64,000 nt of DNA from an uncultured Candidatus Binatia bacterium (GCA_965218425.1 OZ244621.1:2880001-2944000), one strand, 5' to 3'; shown: positions 42,623 to 51,740, counted from the first letter of the stretch. Made by a program: numbers and translations. Notes: a model not told the origin generated them from the sequence alone.

Positions 42623-44059
42623 ATGGCATTAGAGGATCTAAGAACATGGCTGAGCAGCGTTGATGGCATGGGGAAGCTCAAGGTGGTTGACGGCGCCGAT
42701 CCCCACCTCGAACTCGGTATCCTGGCGGAGGTGAACTGTAAGCGCAGGGGCCCCACCCTGGTGTTCGACAATATCAAAGGCCACTCAAAAGGATTCAGAA
42801 TCGTCACCGGTGCTATTCTAGATGCCCAGAGGCTGGGACTCACCCTGGGTTTGCGCGATATTCATACGGATCAGGACCTGGTGTCGCAACTGGAGGGTAG
42901 AGTCATCCAATGGGAGAGGCGTGCCAGTGAATTTCCGGCCAACGAAGTCTCGGACGGAGCTGTCCTCGAAAATCGAGCCTATGGGAACGACGTAAACCTG
43001 CTCAAATTTCCCATTCCCAAGTGGCACGAGGATGATGGAGGGAGGTACCTCGGTACGGGCTGTATTGTCATTACCCAGGACCCCGATACCGGCGTGGTGA
43101 ACCTGGGAACCTACCGCTTGATGGTGCATGACGAGAAGACGCTGGCGTTACATATCTCCTCCGCTCATCATGGCGCGTTGAACATAAAAAAGTATCACGC
43201 CCGAGGGGAAGCGGCGCCCGTGGCCGTGTCCTTCGGGCATCATCCTTTGTTTCTCGTGCTGGGGGGGATGAGCGTACCCTACAGCATGTCCGAATACGGG
43301 TTCGTAGGGGCCATCGCCGGAAAATCGGTGCCCGTGGTGCCTGGTGAAATCACCGGGCTACCCCTTCCTGCCGAGAGTGAGTTTGCCATTGAAGGACTCT
43401 GCCCTCCCGATGAATTAAAGGAGGAGGGGCCCTACGGGGAATACACCGGCTATTACGCTTCCGGGATGGGAAAGGAGCCCGTGATTCATGTGAAAGCCCT
43501 CTACCATCGCAATGATCCCATTATCCTCGGCGCCATGCCGGCCCGTCCACCCCACGACTATTCCTATTTCATGTCGGCCATGAAGTCCGCCAACGTCAAG
43601 GATTCTCTGAATAAAGACGGAATCACCGACATCAAAGGGGTCTGGTACCACGAGGTATCGGGGATCAATTTCTTCGTCGTGGTTTCCATCCGCCAACGGT
43701 ACCCGGGTCATGCGCGGCAGGCCGGCTTTATGGCATCCCAGTGCCGCGCAGGGGGAACCTCAATGGGAAGGTACGTCGTTGTGGTGGACGAAGATATCGA
43801 TCCGAGCGATCTGGACCAGGTGGTCTGGGCCATCAGCACCCGTTCCAATCCGGAAAAAGATATCGATATCATCCGCAACACTTATACGGGCCCGCTGGAC
43901 CCCGTTTATCCCAAGAGCGCCAAGATAGCCTTTGGCTCTAGGGCCGTGATTGACGCCTGCCGGCCCTTTGATTGGATCAAGGAATTTCCCAAAGTGGTCC
44001 AATCCAGTGATGAAGAAAGGGACAGGGTCTTGAAAAAGTGGAAGGGGCTTTTTGATTGA
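42623..44059 (+). CDS. UbiD-family (de)carboxylase 3
   Basis: NLGTYR, EGPYGEYTGYY and VVDEDIDP motifs; RBS AAGGAG. Confidence 0.92.
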   Translation: MALEDLRTWLSSVDGMGKLKVVDGADPHLELGILAEVNCKRRGPTLVFDNIKGHSKGFRIVTGAILDAQRLGLTLGLRDIHTDQDLVSQLEGRVIQWERRASEFPANEVSDGAVLENRAYGNDVNLLKFPIPKWHEDDGGRYLGTGCIVITQDPDTGVVNLGTYRLMVHDEKTLALHISSAHHGALNIKKYHARGEAAPVAVSFGHHPLFLVLGGMSVPYSMSEYGFVGAIAGKSVPVVPGEITGLPLPAESEFAIEGLCPPDELKEEGPYGEYTGYYASGMGKEPVIHVKALYHRNDPIILGAMPARPPHDYSYFMSAMKSANVKDSLNKDGITDIKGVWYHEVSGINFFVVVSIRQRYPGHARQAGFMASQCRAGGTSMGRYVVVVDEDIDPSDLDQVVWAISTRSNPEKDIDIIRNTYTGPLDPVYPKSAKIAFGSRAVIDACRPFDWIKEFPKVVQSSDEERDRVLKKWKGLFD

Positions 44060-44089
44060 GAAGCCAAGTTTGTTAAGGGGGTAGATTAA

Positions 44090-44818
44090 ATGGCCATACC
44101 ACCGGAGGAGCTGGTTCGGGAGTTGATGGATCAACGGCAGGATTATCGCGCTGTGCGACCCACGCGCCTGTTGATTGAGGGTGGAAAGCTCACCAGGGAT
44201 CAAATCAAGCTCTGGGTAAAACAGCTCTATTACTATCGAGTGAACGTGCCACGAAAAGAACTGTACATATTAGCCAACTGCCCCATCAGAGAGGTGAGGA
44301 TGGAGCGCATGAAGAAATACATCGAGGAGGAGGACAGCCGGGTGATGGGAGGGACCGTGGGCGCCCACGCGGAGCTGTGGGTGAAGCTCGCGGAAGGTCT
44401 GGGTATCCCAAGGGAGGAGCTGGAAGATTTCCGGGATCTCAGCCAACCTTACAAAGTGGTGTGTGACTCGTGGGTGAATTATGCCCGGGATCATAGCTGG
44501 CTGGAGGGCCTGTCTACGAGCTTTGACGAGGATACGGGCACCGGTAAAACCGGCCATGGGATGAAGATGGCCGAGGCCATGAGAAAGTATTACGGTGTCC
44601 CCGATTGGGGCCTGGCGCATTTCACGCTTCATTCCGAGATGGATGTTGAACATGGATCAGACACCCGCGATCTAATAAAAAAATATGCCATAACCGATGA
44701 GCAGCAGGAGGGCGTGCGCAAGGCGGTTCAATTCAAAAGGAGTTTCACCCTACTGGAAGATCACTGCATGCGGATCGCTTGTGGAATTGATCCCGGGTTG
44801 TACGCCGAATTGGATTGA
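44090..44818 (+). CDS. Heme-oxygenase-like iron-containing redox enzyme (TenA/PqqC/CADD superfamily)
   Basis: WVKQLYYY, EEED...HAELW and HFTLHSEMDVEHG motifs. Confidence 0.8.
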   Translation: MAIPPEELVRELMDQRQDYRAVRPTRLLIEGGKLTRDQIKLWVKQLYYYRVNVPRKELYILANCPIREVRMERMKKYIEEEDSRVMGGTVGAHAELWVKLAEGLGIPREELEDFRDLSQPYKVVCDSWVNYARDHSWLEGLSTSFDEDTGTGKTGHGMKMAEAMRKYYGVPDWGLAHFTLHSEMDVEHGSDTRDLIKKYAITDEQQEGVRKAVQFKRSFTLLEDHCMRIACGIDPGLYAELD

Positions 44819-44877
44819 GCGGTGTTAAGAATTCCGGTCGCTGACAGAAGCCAAGCTTTGGGTTCCAAGGAGGAGCT

Positions 44878-45236
44878 ATGGCGAATCGCTACGGGTCGGC
44901 GATCTTCTCTACACCAATAGCGCCCTCTGGACCGCCTCGAGCTACGACATTCCGCTATTGATGATCATGACCAACAATCGGACCTACTATAATGATGAGG
45001 AGCATCAGGCGAAGGTCGCCGTTGAACGGGGAAGGCCCCCGGAGAACAAAGGCATCGGAATGCGTATGGAGGCTCCGCCGGTTGACTTCGCGACGTTGGC
45101 AAAGTCTTTTTCCATTGCTAGCGAAGGGCCCATCGAGGATCCCGCAAAGATTCAGCCTGCAACCGGCCGCGCGCTGGAGGTGGTGAAAGAAGAACGCCGC
45201 CCCGCTCTGGCGGACGTCATAACTCAATCGCACTAG
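44878..45236 (+). pseudogene. Thiamine-pyrophosphate enzyme with a large internal deletion
   Basis: RBS AGGAGGAG and MANRYGS join out of frame to the C-terminal TPP motif GDLLYTNSALWTA...NNRTYYNDEEHQ. Confidence 0.8.
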
Positions 45237-45337
45237 GGGAACTTACGGGAGCCGGGTTGACCGCCATGGGAACGAAGTGATAGTTTTCGGCAGAAGCGGA
45301 AGGATCCGGTTGGAGCCAAAACGGAGGTATTATTTCC

Positions 45338-46327
45338 ATGTCCAAAGCCGAAGAACTCGCACAGTTTGATCAGGAGATACAACAGTATTCCATCCAGGGC
45401 CATTGGAAGATGGATCTTCCGAACAACATGGAGCCCCGGTCCAAGCTGCATCCCATGCTTTGGAAGGGGTCCATGATCCGTGAACAGCTCATGCGTGCCG
45501 GAGACCTCATCGGCGTGAACGAGGCGGGACGTAGGACCATTCAACTCGTCAATCCCGGAGTTCATCCGTTAAAATTTACCACCCATACGATGCAGATGTC
45601 GATTCAGTTGGTTCTGCCCGGAGAAGTGGCGACGGCACATCGTCATACCATGGCCGCCATTCGCTACGTGATTGAAGGAAAAGATACCTTCACCACGGTC
45701 AACGGCCAGCGCTTCTTGATGGAACCCGGCGATCTGATCCTTACCCCGAACTGGACCTGGCACGACCACATCAATGAATCCGACGCCCCCATGATCTGGA
45801 TCGATGGTCTTGATATTCCATTTTCCCGGGCCATGGATGTGATATTTATCGAGGAGCATGAAAAACCGCAGCAGTCTGTACAACGAGTCCTCAGGACATC
45901 AAGCGATAGCGTTGCGCCAGAGAACGGGCCTCCGTGGTATTACAAGTGGCGGGAAACCGAACAGAGCTTGAAGAAGATGGTGGATCGACCCGCAGGCGTC
46001 GACCTGGTCCAGGAGTACAAAGGTAAGAATGACGGACCCACGTTGCCTACCCTTGCATGCGGCCAGCACCTATTGCGCCAGGGTGAAGTGACCAAGACTC
46101 GCCGCCGCACTTCTACCGGCATATTTCATGTGATGCGCGGTCAGGGCAAGACGGTTGTAAATGATACCGTGCTGGAGTGGGAACGCGGGGACTTCTTCGT
46201 GGTCCCAAACTGGAGCTGGCACCACCACGAGAATCAATCGGCCAACGAGGAAGCCATCCTGTTCTTCATGTCTGATTACCCCTTGCTCGAACCCTTTGGG
46301 CTATACCGGGAAGAGTTCCAGGCTTGA
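45338..46327 (+). CDS. Gentisate 1,2-dioxygenase-like bicupin
   Basis: RRTIQLVNPG, AHRHTMAAIRYVIEG, TPNWTWHDH and WIDGLDIP motifs. Confidence 0.88.
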   Translation: MSKAEELAQFDQEIQQYSIQGHWKMDLPNNMEPRSKLHPMLWKGSMIREQLMRAGDLIGVNEAGRRTIQLVNPGVHPLKFTTHTMQMSIQLVLPGEVATAHRHTMAAIRYVIEGKDTFTTVNGQRFLMEPGDLILTPNWTWHDHINESDAPMIWIDGLDIPFSRAMDVIFIEEHEKPQQSVQRVLRTSSDSVAPENGPPWYYKWRETEQSLKKMVDRPAGVDLVQEYKGKNDGPTLPTLACGQHLLRQGEVTKTRRRTSTGIFHVMRGQGKTVVNDTVLEWERGDFFVVPNWSWHHHENQSANEEAILFFMSDYPLLEPFGLYREEFQA

Positions 46328-46716
46328 TTCAGTTCCCATCTCTCTTTGCGGGTGAGATTTCCGAACAACTGAACAACTGCGGGTAAGCTGTGGAAAACTG
46401 GGCTCTATCCTTGGAGGCCTGAGACCGGCATCGCATTTGTGCCGTCACCGAGCTAGTGAAAGGTTCAGGCGTAGAGGGTTTAGACTTGGGGCTTTGGTGT
46501 AAACCGCTTGGGGGTTCACATGAAGGGCAGTTGTCCATAGGCCCTAATTAACCGAAGTTTTCGGAAGCGTGCCAGGGAATGAATTGACATCAGCAAACTG
46601 GCGCCTATATCAGGGTCAGGTTAAGGGTGTCAAGGGAGTCTGAGACTGGGTAGTGGCTCAGTCTGAAATCTTAAGGGGCTGGAGTCGAAGAGACTAAGGT
46701 ATCAGGACTTGGTAGG

Positions 46717-46928
46717 TTAGGAATCTTCAAAAATGACAAGGGACTTTGTGGGGTCAATTATAAGTTTCTTCTTGAAAGCCCGTAAGAACTCCATGCCAAC
46801 CAAGATCAAACTTTCAGGTGGGCCAAGTACAATTGTGCCAACCTGATCCTCACTCTCCACTCTGGCAAAACCCCTAGCAGTCAATTGAGAACTCAACTTT
46901 CCATCAGCTAATGTTAAAGGCATTATTC
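46717..46928 (-). pseudogene. C-terminal fragment of a clan AA (retropepsin-like) aspartic protease
   Basis: LTLADG...LILVGMEFLRAFKKKLIIDP; 5' part cut off by the IS3 end. Confidence 0.6.
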
Positions 46929-48265
46929 TGAGGCGGTCCTGGTTTGTAGGACAGGATGGCGGAAGAAATAAGGTGTATTCCGGGTAATCGATCATGCCGC
47001 CAGGGTCCTGTTTAACACGTTTCGCTGTTCCGGTAGAGCCGGCAGAGGGGCAGTTGAGCTGGGGCGCTCAGGCTGCGTCCGCGGCAGCATTGCTTGTTCG
47101 TAGGCCTCGGCTGGGGTGGAGCCGGCCAAGGCAGAGTGTGGCCTCTCCCGATCATAAAAGGCGAACCAGCAAGAAATCAGGCGCTGAGCCTGGAAGCCGT
47201 CTGAGAGCTCGTGCAGGTAGACGGCCTCGTACTTGAGGGAGCGCCACAGGCGCTCGATGAAGATGTTGTCCATACACCGGCCTCTACCGTCCATAGAGAT
47301 GGCGACACGGGCGTCGTTGAGCACGGAGGTGAACTCCAGGCTGGTGAACTGGCTGCCCTGGTCGGTGTTGAAGATCTCGGGGCGGCTGTAGCGCTGGAGG
47401 GCTTCGGAGAGGGCCTCGACACAGAAGCGTGCGTCGAGGGTGTTGGAGAGCCTCCAGGAGAGCACGCGGCGGGTGGCCCAGTCCATGACCGCCACCAAGT
47501 ACAGGAAGCCGCGCTGGACCGGGATATAGGTGATGTCCGCGGTCCAGACGTGATTGGGCCGCTCGATGGCGACTCCCTTGAGCAGATAGGGATAAACCCG
47601 GTGCTCCGGATGCGGTCGGGTGGTCCGGGGTGCCTGGTAGATGGCCTGCAGACCCATCAGGCGCATCAGACGCCGCACCCGGTGGCGACCCACACGGACG
47701 CCTTCCCGCCACAGATGGCGGACCATCTGGCGGCTGCCGTAGAATGGGTAGCTCAGAAACAGCTCATCGATCCGGCGCATCAACCCAAGATTCTCTGCGC
47801 TCTCGCCCTTGGGCCTGTGGTACACCGAGGATCGGCTCACACGGAGCAGGTGGCATTGACGGCTCAAGCTGAGCTTGGGATGGCCGGGCTCGATCATCGC
47901 CCGGCGCTTCTCCCGGCTCACCACTTGAGCCCTTTGGCCAAAAAATCCCGCTCCACCGTCAACTCCCCGATCTTCGCGTGCAGGTTCCGGATCTCCCCCT
48001 CGTGCTCCCCACGCGACCGCTCCGCCCCCTTCGAGAAGACCTCCCTCATGCCCTCCACCGCCCGCTGCTTCCAGGTGCTCACCTGGTTCGGGTGTATCTT
48101 GTGCCGCGCCGCGATCTCCTGAATCGTCTTGTCTCCGCGCAGCGCTTCCAGCGCCACCTTCGCCTTGAAGTCCCCGCTGAACCGTCGCCGTGTGCTCATT
48201 GCGCATCCCTCCTTCAGTCGGTGGAATACACCTTAGCAACCTGTCCGTTTTTCGGGACCACCTCA
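46929..48265 (-). mobile_element. IS3-family insertion sequence (OrfA 47918..48199; OrfB ending at 46992)
   Basis: IRs TGAGGCGGTCCTGGTTTGTAGGACAGG / TGAGGTGGTCCCGAAAAACGGACAGG (rc); WTADITYI, FNTDQGSQF and DNIFIERLWRSLKYE motifs. No target duplication. Confidence 0.93.
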
Positions 48266-48266
48266 T

Positions 48267-48398
48267 CTTGACGAATTTAATTTTAGGTACAACCTAAGAA
48301 AGAGCAAGGATGGCGAACGGTCTATTTTGGCAATCAAAGAGGTAAGTGGAAAACGATTGACTTACAAACAGCCAGTTGAAAAGACCACAGACAAATGA
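48267..48398 (+). pseudogene. IS1595-family transposase C-terminal fragment
   Basis: LDEFNFRYNLRKSKDGERSILAIKEVSGKRLTYKQ matches the family tail pattern YLDEFxFRYN...GKRLTY. Confidence 0.85.
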
Positions 48399-48413
48399 TA
48401 CTTTTTTAAGTGA

Positions 48414-48488
48414 TGGGGCGCAGGGGGATCGAACCCCTAGTAAAGCAGATTCCAGGTCTGCTGCGTTTGCCAGTTACGCCAGCGCCCC
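48414..48488 (-). tRNA. Non-canonical tRNA-like gene, anticodon TGG
   Basis: Full cloverleaf: GGGGCGC/GCGCCCC-A acceptor, GCGT/ACGC D stem, GCAGA-CCTGGAA-TCTGC anticodon arm, AGGGG-TTCGATC-CCCCT T arm. No encoded CCA; C33 instead of U33. Confidence 0.8.
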
Positions 48489-48494
48489 ATAAAA

Positions 48495-48944
48495 CTAAGC
48501 AATAATCTCTTTAAGGTCATCGTCTAGACCAAAGTTGTCTGGAAATTCCCCATCATCCACTTTCTGCTGTTGTTCAAACTCAATTAAGCCATAGGTGTTG
48601 GGTGCGGTCTTTGTAAAGATTTCTCCTTTTTTTGAGTAGCTAGCAAGGGATGCTCCAACCGATGAGCGGTTGTTTCTTGTATTTTCCTTTCCTATACCTT
48701 TGAGAATATCCTTGATGTGCATCGGCCTTCCCGACTTCGTGAGACAATCTCTGGCTTTGGCCATATTGCTGCCTTCCCGTAAAGCACGGTCAGTATCCAC
48801 CGAGCCATCTCTGGGTAAAACCTTTAAGGCCTCTTGCAGACCTTGGATAAATGCTTGTAGTTCTCGTAGCTTAGCCTCAGTTTCAGCTATTTCTTGCTTT
48901 TTTATATCTATCTTTCGTTCTAATTGGATTCGGAAATTAATCAT
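48495..48944 (-). CDS. Coiled-coil plus winged-helix (HARE-HTH-like) protein with acidic tail
   Basis: N-terminal heptads; LTKSGRPMHIKDILKGIG...SLASYSKKGEIFTKTAPNTYGL. Confidence 0.7.
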   Translation of the reverse strand: MINFRIQLERKIDIKKQEIAETEAKLRELQAFIQGLQEALKVLPRDGSVDTDRALREGSNMAKARDCLTKSGRPMHIKDILKGIGKENTRNNRSSVGASLASYSKKGEIFTKTAPNTYGLIEFEQQQKVDDGEFPDNFGLDDDLKEIIA

Positions 48945-49080
48945 GGCAATTCCTCCAATATGGGAGATTTACCACATTCACCGAACCATTGTCAACATTT
49001 GATGGAAAATGCTTGCGTTGTGACAACAATATGTTATCATTGCACCTGTGAGATTTTACCAAATCTAAACTGGAGGCAAT

Positions 49081-49908
49081 GTGATGGATGTAAATGAAAT
49101 CCATAAAAAGTTAGATCAAATTAAGCACATACAGGACTTGGGGCCTGAGAGAACAGTCGAATATTGGATGGCTAGGGACCTGCAAGTAATACTTGGATAT
49201 GAAGCCTGGCAGAATTTCGAATCCGTGATTGCAAGGGCGATGCATGCTTGCGAAACCAGCGGCAAGAATCCCGACAATCACTTTAATGCTACCATTAAAG
49301 AGATAAGGGCCGGGAAGGGTGCGATAGGACGACGACAGGATTACCGACTGACAAGATACGCTTGCTACCTTGTGACTATGAATGGCGATCCTAGCCAGAA
49401 ATTACAGGTTGGTCTAGCTCAAACATATTTTGCGGTGCAGACAAGGCGGCAAGAACTCGATGACCAGCTAACCTATGAACAGAAACGACTGATTCAACGC
49501 GAACGAGTAAGAAACGCGAATAAGTATTTAAGTAATGCGGCCAAGAAAGCAGGTGTAAAAAAGTTTGGCGTATTTCAGGATGCAGGCTATCGCGGTCTCT
49601 ATCAAATGAGTTATAAAGAGATCAAGCGAACAAAGGGGATTCCAGACCAGGAAAATCTTTTGGATTGTAGTGGACGGGCTGAGCTGGCTGCGAATGAATT
49701 TCGGATTACCCAAACAGAGGAACGTCTTACCAACGAGAAAATCCAAGGGGAAATGCAAGCTACAAACACCCATCATAAAGTGGGCACAAAGGTGAGGCAA
49801 ACTATCAAAGAGCTTGGCGGAACAATGCCAGAAAAACTGGTCGCTGAGCCATCAATTAAAAGATTGACCCAAAAGAAGCAAAAACAGCTACCGCCTAAAG
49901 ATGAATAA
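49081..49908 (+). CDS. dinD: DNA damage-inducible protein D (BRO-like N-terminus)
   Basis: EYWMARDLQ, LTRYACYL, AQTYFAVQTRRQE, FQDAGYRGLY, ELAANEFRITQTEE and GGTMPE motifs. Confidence 0.9.
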   Translation: MMDVNEIHKKLDQIKHIQDLGPERTVEYWMARDLQVILGYEAWQNFESVIARAMHACETSGKNPDNHFNATIKEIRAGKGAIGRRQDYRLTRYACYLVTMNGDPSQKLQVGLAQTYFAVQTRRQELDDQLTYEQKRLIQRERVRNANKYLSNAAKKAGVKKFGVFQDAGYRGLYQMSYKEIKRTKGIPDQENLLDCSGRAELAANEFRITQTEERLTNEKIQGEMQATNTHHKVGTKVRQTIKELGGTMPEKLVAEPSIKRLTQKKQKQLPPKDE

Positions 49909-50032
49909 AAAGACCACGCCACCTGATAAAGAACTCACCGAAAAGCAATTCCTCGAAGTTTTGAAGGGTTTTCTCGAAGTCAAACCAACCAAGAGAAAGC
50001 CCAAGGCAAAAAAACCCAAATCCAAGAAATAA
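49901..50032 (+). CDS. Small basic 43-aa protein
   Basis: Overlaps the dinD stop; MNKKTTPPDKELTEKQFLEVLKGFLEVKPTKRKPKAKKPKSKK. Confidence 0.45.
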   Translation: MNKKTTPPDKELTEKQFLEVLKGFLEVKPTKRKPKAKKPKSKK

Positions 50033-50087
50033 TTATATTTCAATTACTTACCCTTTCCTGTATTGGGTTTGTGAACGGGATAAGCCA

Positions 50088-50225
50088 CAGTCTGTTAAAG
50101 GCGATAAGGACAAGGCCGTTGGCTTTAACCTAGCAGGCATCAAACAACTTCGATTTACCGATCCAGAACTGGAGTTCACCCCGGCATTGAAGCAAAACAT
50201 CGAGCGTTTCTTCAAATTGAAATAA
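50088..50225 (+). pseudogene. C-terminal fragment of the gene interrupted by the IS1595 element
   Basis: Startless open frame QSVKGDKDKAVGFNLAGIKQLRFTDPELEFTPALKQNIERFFKLK* ending just before the mrr-like gene. Confidence 0.5.
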
Positions 50226-50238
50226 AAGGACTACTTCC

Positions 50239-51294
50239 ATGGCGATCTGGTTAATCCGTGCCGGTTCCCACGGCGAATACGAGCAGAAGTTCATTCAGGA
50301 AAACCGTGTTTATGTGACTTGGGACAGACTCGATGTAGACCTCACCAAGCTCCAGCAAAAGGCCGATTTGACAGCAGCGATGACCGAGCGCTACCCGGAC
50401 AGAAAGCCCAAGACGATTCAGAATTGGGTGAGCCAAGTCTGGCCCTTCGCGCATGAAATGATGAAAGGCGATTTGGTCGTGTTGCCGCTCAAGTCGCAGC
50501 CCGCCATCCAGATTGCCGAGATTACCGGTGACTATCACTTCGAACCTTCTGGACCCGACCCATACTTTCATTGGCGACCCGTGAAGTGGATTGCAGAGGC
50601 CGTGCCGCGCGCCAATTTCGGCCAGGACTTGCTCTATACCTTCGGTGCCTTTATGGCCATCTGCCGGGTCCAACGCAACAATGCAGAGCAACGCATGGCC
50701 GCCATGCAGACGAACGGATGGAAACCTGAAACCATCCAACCCATCTACAAACCATCCAACATATCTACCAAAACCGCGGTGCCGGGCACGGAAGAACTGC
50801 CCGAAGACAGTGACCTTGAAGAACTCGCCCGCGACCAGATCGCTCAGCTCATCGCAGCGCGATTCAAGGGCCACGGACTCACGCGACTGGTCGAAGCTAT
50901 CCTCAAAATCCAGGGTTACACCACCTATCGCAGCGCGGAAGGCCCCGACGGTGGCGTGGATATTATCGCGGGTGCCGGGCCACTCGGCTTCGGGAAGCCG
51001 CGACTCTGCGTCGAAGTGAAATCAGAGAGCGGCCCTATCGACCGCCCGACGGTAGACAAACTGTTGGGCGCGGTTACTAAATTCGGAGCGGACGAAGGCT
51101 TATTCATCTCATGGAGCGGCTTCAAGGGCAACGTGCAGAAGGAACTCGCTGCCAGCTTCTTTCGTGTGCGGCTGTGGACGCAGAAAGAACTACTTGAGCA
51201 ACTATTTACCCACTACGACCACCTGGACGAAGACCTTAAGGCCGAATTGCCTTTGAAAAGAATTTGGACCGTGGCCGTGCAGGACAAAGAATAA
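50239..51294 (+). CDS. Mrr-like (type IV) restriction endonuclease
   Basis: WLIRAG N-terminal domain; Mrr_cat motif GPDGGVDIIA...VEVKS...GLFISWSGF. Confidence 0.88.
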   Translation: MAIWLIRAGSHGEYEQKFIQENRVYVTWDRLDVDLTKLQQKADLTAAMTERYPDRKPKTIQNWVSQVWPFAHEMMKGDLVVLPLKSQPAIQIAEITGDYHFEPSGPDPYFHWRPVKWIAEAVPRANFGQDLLYTFGAFMAICRVQRNNAEQRMAAMQTNGWKPETIQPIYKPSNISTKTAVPGTEELPEDSDLEELARDQIAQLIAARFKGHGLTRLVEAILKIQGYTTYRSAEGPDGGVDIIAGAGPLGFGKPRLCVEVKSESGPIDRPTVDKLLGAVTKFGADEGLFISWSGFKGNVQKELAASFFRVRLWTQKELLEQLFTHYDHLDEDLKAELPLKRIWTVAVQDKE

Positions 51295-51564
51295 CGTTGA
51301 TCTGCTCTCACGCTTCCCGTCCGCCTCAAGGGAGTTGCCATTAACCTCGCTGTGGGGAGATGGAAATAATGAGAAATCTTGGCTAAAACTGTGGATAACC
51401 GGCCCGCTGGCGGCCGGATACGATCCGTCGCCGTTCACCGCGATAGGTACAGGCACGCGGCGGTAGAGATTGTGCCCGCCCGGACGGTCCATAGCGGGCA
51501 GAGGGGTTGCGGGGTCGTCAAAGGTAAGCAGCTCCCGCACTCAGCGCCCAAAGCGTCAGATACG

Positions 51565-51670
51565 ACAAAACCCTGATAAGGTCTCCCTTCGGGGTTTCGC
51601 GTTAACTAACCACCGCCAAAGTTAGCGGTCAGATATACGGCTCCCCGAAGGGAGTTGAATTTGCAGTATA
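51565..51670 (-). promoter_or_regulatory. Candidate leader with alternative terminator/antiterminator hairpins
   Basis: Minus-strand TATACT, CTCCC-TTCG-GGGAG hairpin, 12-bp inverted repeat and competing AAACCCCGA...TCAGGGTTTTG hairpin. Confidence 0.45.
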
Positions 51671-51740
51671 ACTAGCTGAATAATAAAGAATTATTTAGCA
51701 CCTATGATTCTATGGACCCACAAGCGGACCCACGAGGGCA

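Larger units (their letters stand above)
48266..50086 (+). mobile_element. Right part of an IS1595-family element carrying passenger genes
   Basis: Transposase C-terminus at the left, candidate terminal IR GGGTTTGTGAACGGGATAAGCC at the right followed by a gene fragment; AT-rich block. Confidence 0.7.

Noticed and set aside
44090..44818. pqqC
   Set aside because: No pqqA/B/D/E in the window; only a superfamily-level call is supportable.
46992..48266. 424-aa single ORF as the IS3 transposase
   Set aside because: Its N-terminal part is an alternative frame over OrfA and starts at the IS boundary; the product is more likely an OrfA/OrfB frameshift fusion.
48414..48488. tRNA as prophage/island integration site, or as an amber suppressor
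   Set aside because: No duplicated 3' end or integrase is seen in the window, and the anticodon is TGG, not CTA.
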